Virus record (IMG/VR): IMGVR_UViG_3300042288_002474
DNA length: 64,000 nt
DNA from: an uncultured virus (IMG/VR IMGVR_UViG_3300042288_002474)
Taxonomy: Duplodnaviria > Heunggongvirae > Uroviricota > Caudoviricetes
Reading direction: 5' to 3' (one strand)
This document shows, piece after piece, positions 56,748 to 64,000 of the stretch. Position 1 is the stretch's first letter. Each line of letters begins with the position of its first letter. A program made the translations under genes and the position numbers. The notes below the pieces were generated by a model. The model saw only the letters and a list, made by a program, of their open reading frames with translations, did no database searches and was not told the origin of the DNA.

Positions 56748-57518
56748 ATGGCAATTTTAGAATTACCTCCCGTTAAATGGGAATTAACTAAGGTTAAAAA
56801 AATAGAAAGTAACGGAGACGGGTTAGGCGATGGATATACCTTAACCGGAAGTGTCCCCTTCTCAGGCAGAGATACTTTTAACATTACGATACCGGGATTA
56901 ACCACTGTAAAATTTAATGAGATTTGGGCGATAATTAAGGATTTTGCGGGCTACAAAACCTTTGGATGGCGAGAATTTTCTTGGCAAGATTACAAAACTT
57001 ATGTTTTTGATGGTGAGCCGCAAGTTATTCCTCAAGGTTTGGATTGTTGGGAATTAAGGCTAATTTTAAAGGAAACGAGTCCGAGTCCGTCGGAGTTTAT
57101 CGGAGTTATTCGTATGACTTGCGATAACGAATTCACTCTTTTCCTAAATGGTGTGGAAGTAGGAAGTTGGGATAATTGGCCAGTTGCCAATGTTTTTTCT
57201 GTGGATTTTTTGTATGAGAATCAGATAGCTGTTGCTTGCCGTGATTTTGGGGTTATTTCTGGACTGTTGGGCGATATATCGGTTAACGGAAGTAGAATTA
57301 ATACCGACTCTAGTTGGAAATATTCTCTTACAGAGCAAACTGGATGGAAAGAATTAGGTTTTAATGAAAGTTCGTGGACTAATGCCACGGAAGTATCGAA
57401 TTACCAAGGGGGAAGGTGGCCTACTATAGCTAACATGGATGGGACAACAGCTAAGTGGATATGGTCTTCAAGTGAATCAGACGACCTCGTTTATTTCAGA
57501 AAAAAATTAATATTTTAG
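56748..57518 (+). CDS. Minor tail protein (gpM-like N-terminus plus carbohydrate-binding-like domain)
   Basis: LGDGY and F.W in the N-terminal half; CDNEF.LFLNG, N.IAV, TDSSWK, AKWIW, VYFRK in the C-terminal half. Confidence 0.65.
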   Translation: MAILELPPVKWELTKVKKIESNGDGLGDGYTLTGSVPFSGRDTFNITIPGLTTVKFNEIWAIIKDFAGYKTFGWREFSWQDYKTYVFDGEPQVIPQGLDCWELRLILKETSPSPSEFIGVIRMTCDNEFTLFLNGVEVGSWDNWPVANVFSVDFLYENQIAVACRDFGVISGLLGDISVNGSRINTDSSWKYSLTEQTGWKELGFNESSWTNATEVSNYQGGRWPTIANMDGTTAKWIWSSSESDDLVYFRKKLIF

Positions 57519-57532
57519 GGTTTAAATAATTT

Positions 57533-58171
57533 ATGACTAATTTAGCAAAAGAATTACAATCTTTGGATGTAGAAAGTCCTATAGACTTAATTACAGTTAC
57601 AGCAAACTCCCAGATTTTAAGATTTTGTAATTTATCTACGGTTAACTTCCAAAGCTTGACTTATCTAGCTAGACCTTGCGAAATATCTTGGCTGGGGCAA
57701 TCAGGAGAGGGTACAGAATTAAGTAGTAAATTAAGTGTGTCGGATATTGATGGAGTAGTTGGAATATTAATTGACAATTACGAAGAAGATGTAATTGGTG
57801 CATCCGTTAATGTAAAAAGAACTTTAAAAATGTTTTTGGATGGGGAAAGTTCAGAAGATCCTACACAGTTTGTAGAGTTTAGCTTAAGAATAAACAGTTG
57901 GACTGGGCAATATGGCATAGGGTTTGAATTTAATTTAATCCCACTAGCTTCACTAGAGAGAAGAAAAATTCCTGGAAGAACTTACTTAAGGCGTTGTGGC
58001 TGGGAGTTTAGGGACTCTAACTGTGCAGCCACAACCGCGCTAAACTTTGATATCTTTGGCAATGCTACAACTTTAGTCAATAGCGTTTGCGGTAAAGATT
58101 TAGATAGTTGCGGAAGATACCAAAACTTATTAAGGTATGGTGGTTTTCCAGGTATTGTTAGGAATAATTAA
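57533..58171 (+). CDS. Minor tail protein L (lambda gpL-like)
   Basis: RT..MFLD, IPGR..C.W.FR..C, CGK.LDSC, YGGFPG. Confidence 0.85.
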   Translation: MTNLAKELQSLDVESPIDLITVTANSQILRFCNLSTVNFQSLTYLARPCEISWLGQSGEGTELSSKLSVSDIDGVVGILIDNYEEDVIGASVNVKRTLKMFLDGESSEDPTQFVEFSLRINSWTGQYGIGFEFNLIPLASLERRKIPGRTYLRRCGWEFRDSNCAATTALNFDIFGNATTLVNSVCGKDLDSCGRYQNLLRYGGFPGIVRNN

Positions 58172-58177
58172 ATTTAT

Positions 58178-58990
58178 TTACTTAATTAATTCCTTAATTT
58201 CACTAGGAATAATAAATTGTGAGATTCCCCAATATTTAACAACTGCATTTACTACTATAGTAGCTGTAATGTTAATCATAATAATTATTATGATTATTGT
58301 TTTTTTACCTCCTGGGATGTTGTTAAAAAACCGAGCTAATGATGCTAGTTTTTGGATTTCGTCTCTATTTTCTGTGAATTTCTCCCACCCCTCATCGTCA
58401 TTACTTTGGCGCACTTCTAATTTATTTAGTCTAGCCATGAGGCTATCCTGGTCTATAAAAATATCCCTTTCTAATTGGGAATATTTAGCCAAGGCTTGCT
58501 TTGATAAAATTTCTACTTCTACCACGCTAGTGTTTTGGGGTTTTTCCCCACTTACGCTAGGATTTAGTGCGAGGATTAAAGCCTTAAGATCATTCCTCTC
58601 GTTACTTAAAGCTAATGCAGAAGGGAGGTAATTTAATATATTGAAAAGCCTTTCTTCGTTAGCAATAACTTCCGTTATGTCTGTCGCTACGTTTAAGATT
58701 CCCCACTCAAATTTTTTACTTACCACCATTAAAACTTGGGTTTTCGGACACCTTTCTTGCCTATAAATCCATTTATCCTCAGTTCCGACGGGTGTGTTAA
58801 TCAAAACCTTCATCCTTTGCGGTAGACCCTCGCATCCAACTTCGCAATCAATTGATTGTCCGTTAAGAGTTTTTTCCGAGGCAAATTTTTTTAATCCTGG
58901 GCTAACGGCAATATATCTTAAATCCAAGCTTATTGCAGAGACATATCCAGGCATCAATTCTATGATCTCCAAAAACTTAAAGTCATCCAT
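58178..58990 (-). CDS. Membrane-anchored protein with possible PAS-like N-terminus
   Basis: IIELMPGYV...ATDITE, coiled coil, C-terminal poly-Ile helix. Confidence 0.55.
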   Translation of the reverse strand: MDDFKFLEIIELMPGYVSAISLDLRYIAVSPGLKKFASEKTLNGQSIDCEVGCEGLPQRMKVLINTPVGTEDKWIYRQERCPKTQVLMVVSKKFEWGILNVATDITEVIANEERLFNILNYLPSALALSNERNDLKALILALNPSVSGEKPQNTSVVEVEILSKQALAKYSQLERDIFIDQDSLMARLNKLEVRQSNDDEGWEKFTENRDEIQKLASLARFFNNIPGGKKTIIIIIIMINITATIVVNAVVKYWGISQFIIPSEIKELIK

Positions 58991-59380
58991 TAGAGTAAAT
59001 GTAAATGAGTATAATTCTTTACATTATAGCAAAGTATTTTTACTTACTTAATTTACGTAATACAGCGCGCCGCAATGGTAGATTAAAAAACGTCAAGAGA
59101 AATCCTTATTAAAAGAAAAATCCTTTGACACCATTCACCTGACTCTGCGTTTTAAGATTTTTTTGCGATCGCGTATCTGTTATGATGGGATGGCGCAGAG
59201 AAGAAGTCTTAGTTAATAGCATATTTCCTTAATTTATTTGGAATAATAATATTTTTTGGCGCGGGTCTAGGTTTAGTTATTTTTCTCTTCATCCTACTTC
59301 TGCCACCATTATCAAATTTTAAATCTGTGGGACAATATAAATTTACTCCCATAAATTAAAAAAATATGGGAGCGGTAATT

Positions 59381-59566
59381 TTACCCTATTATAAAACTTT
59401 GTATTGGCGCAACCTCTGAAGAGGTTTTGTGTTCTGGAATCAATTTCCGCTCGATCTTGAAACCTTCTAATTCAAGAGTCGTGCAAATTCTTTCCATTAC
59501 TTGTCGCCTGTCCATCCCAACAGGCGACTGTATCCACAGAATCTCATCGCAGGGCATTCCGATCAC
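59381..59566 (-). CDS. Hypothetical protein or fragment
   Basis: 61-aa ORF. Confidence 0.4.
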   Translation of the reverse strand: MIGMPCDEILWIQSPVGMDRRQVMERICTTLELEGFKIERKLIPEHKTSSEVAPIQSFIIG

Positions 59567-59715
59567 CCCGAAAGCTTTTTCTCTAAGATCTTTCTGTACG
59601 ATATTTTTAATTCTGCACTAGTAGAGAACTCCATCCAAAACATATTGGTATCTTCTGAAGCCCAGACTAAAACATCGTAACTTGGTTTTATCCCAGAAAA
59701 ATCAAACATTTTTTA

Positions 59716-60000
59716 CTATCCCTTGTTTTTAATTACACGAAACTCGCCGCTGATGTGATTGTATTCAAGTTCTTCATCGTTTTCTAACGGATGTATTTCC
59801 TTAATTAATTCCGTTATTGTGTCCCAAGCTTTATCTTTTTCTTTTAATAGTTCAACGTGGGCGGAAACTGCGGCTTTAATTAAATCTTCTAACCCTATAT
59901 TGCCTAGCATTAAAGAACTCTCAAAAACTCTTTTAGCACAGTCCTGATCCTTGCTAAAAATAAAAACTTTTTCGCCATTTGGTTTAATTTTAATTTCCAT
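59716..60000 (-). CDS. Hypothetical protein
   Basis: 94 aa, AAGGA SD. Confidence 0.65.
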   Translation of the reverse strand: MEIKIKPNGEKVFIFSKDQDCAKRVFESSLMLGNIGLEDLIKAAVSAHVELLKEKDKAWDTITELIKEIHPLENDEELEYNHISGEFRVIKNKG

Positions 60001-60179
60001 TTTATTTTCCTTTGTTCTAGTTTTATTTGCTCAATCTCTTTTTCCGCGTCCAATATCTCTTCTAATTTACTTTTTAATAAGGAAGAAGCGGCATTGGTAG
60101 CTGTGTCAAACAACTCTTGACTTGTGGCTTTGTAGGCATCTACACTAACCCAATCATTGTAGACAAATGGGTACTCCAT
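59910..60179 (-). CDS. Hypothetical protein, possibly the 3' part of a frameshifted gene
   Basis: Overlaps neighbours by about 40 and 90 nt. Confidence 0.4.
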   Translation of the reverse strand: MEYPFVYNDWVSVDAYKATSQELFDTATNAASSLLKSKLEEILDAEKEIEQIKLEQRKIKWKLKLNQMAKKFLFLARIRTVLKEFLRVL

Positions 60180-60391
60180 GTTTCTAATTTGTACCCAAAA
60201 ACGAGACTGTGTTCCGTTATTGTGGTAATGGACGCTGACGCAAACGAGTTTCCCCTGTATGAAATATCTTCCAGTTTGCGAATAGCCATTGACGAAAGGA
60301 ATGATTGGTGATCACTCCACTCCCATCCGCTATCTATCAACGCCGGACAGCGATCTTGATAAAACTCTAATTCCGACTGAGATGGTTGCAT
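60140..60391 (-). CDS. Hypothetical protein (likely start MQPSQ)
   Basis: ATG just after the stop of the RuvC-like gene. Confidence 0.5.
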   Translation of the reverse strand: MQPSQSELEFYQDRCPALIDSGWEWSDHQSFLSSMAIRKLEDISYRGNSFASASITTITEHSLVFGYKLETWSTHLSTMIGLV

Positions 60392-60395
60392 TTTT

Positions 60396-60923
60396 TTATT
60401 TTCCTTTATTACTATTCCAACATAAATAAGCCAAAAGTGCCGACTCTTCCTCATCTGCTGTAGCAGAAGGATTAAATTTAAAGTAAGGAAAAAGCTTATT
60501 AGCTTTTCCCTTACTTAACTTTTTAAGAGCCTTATCTTTATCCTTACCGTTAAAAGTCCCTAAATTTTTTACAGATACGCCCATTAAATCTTTCCACTCA
60601 GTTGGCGGAGTTGAGTTAATTTCTCCAACTCCCAACACTTCTAATATTAAGACTAATCCTATGGCATTAGCACCAAAGTTAAATGCGCTATTTCTGCCCT
60701 GGTTATAAGAGTTAACCCTCTCAATAAGGGCGGTCACTTCCGAGAAATCTTTAATTAATCCCCGAAGTTCTTCAGCAATAGTTCTAGCGTTAATTATTTT
60801 AAATCCCCACAAAACCCTAATATGATTCTTGAAAGAAATAACCTTAATTAATACTCCCTCGGAATTAATTATAGAAATTGCGCCGCTTTGTCCTGGGTCA
60901 ATTCCTAGGAAATACTTGTACAT
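60396..60923 (-). CDS. RuvC-like Holliday junction resolvase
   Basis: LGIDPG..GAI, IERV, SAFNFG, P.EWK, ESALLA. Confidence 0.85.
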   Translation of the reverse strand: MYKYFLGIDPGQSGAISIINSEGVLIKVISFKNHIRVLWGFKIINARTIAEELRGLIKDFSEVTALIERVNSYNQGRNSAFNFGANAIGLVLILEVLGVGEINSTPPTEWKDLMGVSVKNLGTFNGKDKDKALKKLSKGKANKLFPYFKFNPSATADEEESALLAYLCWNSNKGK

Positions 60924-61240
60924 TTTTTCTTTCTCCCGCGTTTCCTTACTTCTTTTTGTATTGCGCTTTGTACCGTTTGGCGTTTTCTTAGTGTCGTAAT
61001 TTGGCTAAGGTCTTGTATTAGTGAAGATTGTGCGCTCAAGTTAAATGCCTTGTCTCTTAATTCCAAAGGAACTAAGTAATGGGGTACGACACAATCTTCA
61101 AAGTCATCCTTTTTGCTAAGTCCTAGTTTTTTTGCAAAATCATGCAATTCTTCCAGCGTGTAAGCTACCATCTGGCAGACTTCTCTATCCTTTTCTCCCA
61201 ATCTTATTAATTTGTACGGAAGATTTAAAAACACTGTCAT
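60905..61240 (-). CDS. DUF4031-like protein
   Basis: C.MVA.TLEELH.FAKKLGL..PHY..R.KA. Confidence 0.7.
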   Translation of the reverse strand: MTVFLNLPYKLIRLGEKDREVCQMVAYTLEELHDFAKKLGLSKKDDFEDCVVPHYLVPLELRDKAFNLSAQSSLIQDLSQITTLRKRQTVQSAIQKEVRKRGRKKKCTSIS

Positions 61241-61268
61241 TTTTTACCCTATCCTTATTTAAGAAACC

Positions 61269-61302
61269 CCCTAACTTAATTTATTTTTAAATTAAGTTAG
61301 GG
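61269..61302. terminator. Terminator-like hairpin
   Basis: CCCTAACTTAATTT / AAATTAAGTTAGGG. Confidence 0.6.
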
Positions 61303-61308
61303 CGTGAA

Positions 61309-61938
61309 TTATGCAGAAATTCTTATGGCGTACCGTTCAACTTCATCGTTGAAGCCTTGTCCCTGCATATCTTCAAAAAACTCGCAGATAATACGTTTTA
61401 TGATGGGATTATTTACGGGATAGACTCCTCCATCAAAAGCGTTTAACCCTAATCCTAAGCCTATTGCGCCAAGCCTTCCTTGGTTGGGAGATAAGCCCAG
61501 TGTTTTTAATTTCCCCACTACATAAGCATTTAAACTACTTCTGCTTATTTGTCCGGGATACCCCATCCTTATAGCTAAACTAGAAGCGTCTAATTTTTCT
61601 TTGCTAGGTCTGCCAAACGTTCCATTAAATAATGTAAAGTTGAAATAACTCTGGACTATGGACTGAGTTAATTTTTCTTCAGATGGATATCTGGCATCTT
61701 CCTTTTGAATGGGAAATAAATCTTTAGAAAGTGGGACAAATCCCCACTTTTTAAAGGTTTCAAATACGTAAGTATTTAAAGCATTCTCGTTAGTAGTTTG
61801 GGAAGTGTTTAGCCCCAATTCGTCGGCCATTACTATTGGACGCGACAGGTTGATCCCGTTGGACTTGATTGGTTTTGTGGTCATAATCGCTAAGTTAATT
61901 TCTTTCCTCATCCTACTTGACAACGGTAGGGATGTCAA
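61309..61938 (-). CDS. Hypothetical protein (start probably the ATG near 61911 or 61884)
   Basis: 209-aa ORF divergent from dnaE; internal LN.YV...K..G repeat. Confidence 0.65.
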   Translation of the reverse strand: MTSLPLSSRMRKEINLAIMTTKPIKSNGINLSRPIVMADELGLNTSQTTNENALNTYVFETFKKWGFVPLSKDLFPIQKEDARYPSEEKLTQSIVQSYFNFTLFNGTFGRPSKEKLDASSLAIRMGYPGQISRSSLNAYVVGKLKTLGLSPNQGRLGAIGLGLGLNAFDGGVYPVNNPIIKRIICEFFEDMQGQGFNDEVERYAIRISA

Positions 61939-62018
61939 GTAGTTTTTGTAAATAAAAATAGTTGCCTAACGACGGTAGAGTGTGCTAGGGTAAATTTACA
62001 CAAAACATTTTTAAAAAT

Positions 62019-64000
62019 ATGCAGCAGTACATATCTCTTCATAACCACACCCGCAGAGGCTCAAACTTTGATGGTGACATAGACGTTAAGAGATTAGTTG
62101 AGTTTAGTAAGGTACAGGGCTTACCCGCAGCTTGCATTACCGATCATGGGAGTATGTCTGCGGCTTTTGAGCTATTTAAGGAGTGCCGAAAAGAGGGGAT
62201 TAAGCACCTGATAGGCTGCGAGTTATACGTAATGGAAGAGGGTGGGGAAAAAACCGCCAACGGAAAAGACTATTACCACTTAACCGCTATTGCAATTAAC
62301 CTAGAGGGTTACAAAAACTTATGCCGTTTAAGCACGATAGCCAGTTTAGAGCAAGTACGCGGGAAGGCTAAAAAGCCTTGTGTTACTAACGCCCAAATTT
62401 TCTCCCATAATGCTGGGTTGGTAATATTAAGCGGATGTATTAGTTCCGAACTGAACCAAAGCCTTAGCGCGGGAGATGAGCTTAGGGCTAAGAAGTGGAT
62501 CATTAAATACCGCGCCGTCTTTAAGGACAGGCTTTATCTAGAATTGCACTGCCACTACGGCATAAGGAAAAGTTGGCCAAGTCATACTCAAAAAATTGTC
62601 GAGTTAGGTAAAAAATTAAATGTTGCGAGAATCATTACCAATGACGCGCACTTTTTAGGTAAGGAAGATTGGTTTAGTCAAACACTCGCGTTAAGTATAG
62701 GCATGAAGGGTAATGCCACTTTAGGATCGGAAAGGCTTAATAACTTCGAGTACACCGGTGAAGAGTATGTAAAAACGAGGGAAGAAATTTTCCAACACTT
62801 CTATGACAATTCTGGGTTATCGTCAGAGGAGATTAACGTAGCCCTAGATAATACCCTAAAAATCGCGGATAAGTTTGAGGATTACAGCTTATTTAACGTT
62901 GTTAAGCCAATTAAATTTTCTCCCAATGCCGAGGCAATATTTAAGCAAAAGTGCGCTGACGGGATGTTTAACCGTTACCCTCCCGAAGCTTTAAGTCCTG
63001 GGTTATGGGAACGACTGGACTATGAAATGAGAGTAATCTCAGAAATGGGTTTTGCAGACTATTTTTTAATCGTGGAAGATTTTTGTAGTTTTGTGAGGGG
63101 AATTGGCCATAAAGTTGGGAAAGGCCGGGGTTCTGCGGCTGGGTCAATCGTGGCTTACTGTTTAAAAATTACTGATATTGACCCAATCAAACACGGGCTA
63201 ATGTTCGAGCGATTCCTCAATCCTGGGCGAAAAGCAATGCCCGACATTGATACAGATATGAACGGCGAAGGGAAGGATGCCGTAGTGGAACATTTAAGGG
63301 AAAGATGGGGTCGGTACAATGTTGCAGCCGTCGGTACAGTCACTAAAAGTGCGGCTGGCAGTGCCTTAGCAGATTCCTTCAGGACACACAACTTAAGTTG
63401 GCGTAAGGCTACGGAAATATCCAAGAGGTATTTCAAAACTATTAGGGGCGTTCCTCCAAAAATTAGTAAATTATTAGTGGATGAGGGTGGGGAATTTTAT
63501 AAATTTTTCCACTCCGATGAATTATCAGAAGAGGAAAGAATAGCCATAACTCATGCAGCACAATTTATAGAGGGACGGGAAAGACAAAGCGGAGTTCATG
63601 CGGGCGGAATTTGTATTTCGGAAGAATTACAGGATTACGTTCCCCTAGTCTGGGACGGCGGCGAGGAAAAAATTACCACCGTTTACGATAAAGACGAACT
63701 TGAGGAAATGGGCGTTATTAAATTTGACGTTCTAGGACTTACAGGTTTATCCCAAGAATTAGAAATAGAGGCATTACTTAAAGAAAGTAATTGTACAATT
63801 CCTGTAATTAATGAGTTAGGGAATTATCCCGAAGTTTACGCCATGTTAAAACAGGGGGATACTTTTGGCGTATTCCAGATGGAGGGTAAAGTTCCTTCAA
63901 ATTTATTGCGAGAAATAGGGGCAAATAACTTTGAAGACTTATCGGCGGTAAACGCTCTAAATCGTCCAGGATGTTTAGACAGTGGCAGCGATAGGGTTTA
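62019..64000 (+). CDS. dnaE: DNA polymerase III alpha subunit, truncated by the window edge
   Basis: Manual translation: MQQYISLHNHT, TDHG, HLT, GY.NL, TNDAH (PHP domain); GRGSAAGS, FERFLNPGR..MPDIDTD, GVHAGG, KFDVLGL. Confidence 0.95.
   Translation, partial: MQQYISLHNHTRRGSNFDGDIDVKRLVEFSKVQGLPAACITDHGSMSAAFELFKECRKEGIKHLIGCELYVMEEGGEKTANGKDYYHLTAIAINLEGYKNLCRLSTIASLEQVRGKAKKPCVTNAQIFSHNAGLVILSGCISSELNQSLSAGDELRAKKWIIKYRAVFKDRLYLELHCHYGIRKSWPSHTQKIVELGKKLNVARIITNDAHFLGKEDWFSQTLALSIGMKGNATLGSERLNNFEYTGEEYVKTREEIFQHFYDNSGLSSEEINVALDNTLKIADKFEDYSLFNVVKPIKFSPNAEAIFKQKCADGMFNRYPPEALSPGLWERLDYEMRVISEMGFADYFLIVEDFCSFVRGIGHKVGKGRGSAAGSIVAYCLKITDIDPIKHGLMFERFLNPGRKAMPDIDTDMNGEGKDAVVEHLRERWGRYNVAAVGTVTKSAAGSALADSFRTHNLSWRKATEISKRYFKTIRGVPPKISKLLVDEGGEFYKFFHSDELSEEERIAITHAAQFIEGRERQSGVHAGGICISEELQDYVPLVWDGGEEKITTVYDKDELEEMGVIKFDVLGLTGLSQELEIEALLKESNCTIPVINELGNYPEVYAMLKQGDTFGVFQMEGKVPSNLLREIGANNFEDLSAVNALNRPGCLDSGSDRV

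Noticed and set aside
58137..58631. Hydrophobic plus-strand ORF as a possible holin
   Set aside because: Antisense to 58178-58990; its hydrophobicity mirrors the ATT/AAT-rich codons of that gene
62309..63436. Minus-strand ORFs 62309-62503 and 63155-63436
   Set aside because: Antisense to dnaE

Overview
AT-rich 64 kb segment of a long-tailed (sipho-type) bacteriophage genome, very probably infecting a filamentous cyanobacterium (about 19 HIP1 GCGATCGC sites, a heptamer tandem repeat, cyanobacterial-type NrdJ, thymidylate synthase/dCMP deaminase and a DUF3854 primase-helicase). Plus-strand morphogenesis genes (TerL, portal, protease-capsid fusion, head-tail genes, major tail, frameshifted tail chaperone, 3210-aa tape measure, lambda M/L/K/I/J-like tip genes) are split into blocks by mostly minus-strand cassettes for DNA metabolism and anti-defence (three DNA methyltransferases, NADAR, intein-containing NrdJ, TS, RecJ, primase-helicase, SF2 helicase, RuvC-like resolvase, DnaE). 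Many cassettes start at a conserved TTGAC(G/A)ACGGTA promoter. The most unusual element is a methyltransferase intein whose HNH endonuclease is encoded in the +1 frame while the intein frame stays open across it. Other notable items: a plasmid-like antisense RNA in the rep leader, a tape measure carrying three enzyme domains, a HIP1-linked modular protein, and a tRNA-like RNA. All product calls come from motif recognition by eye; no searches were run.
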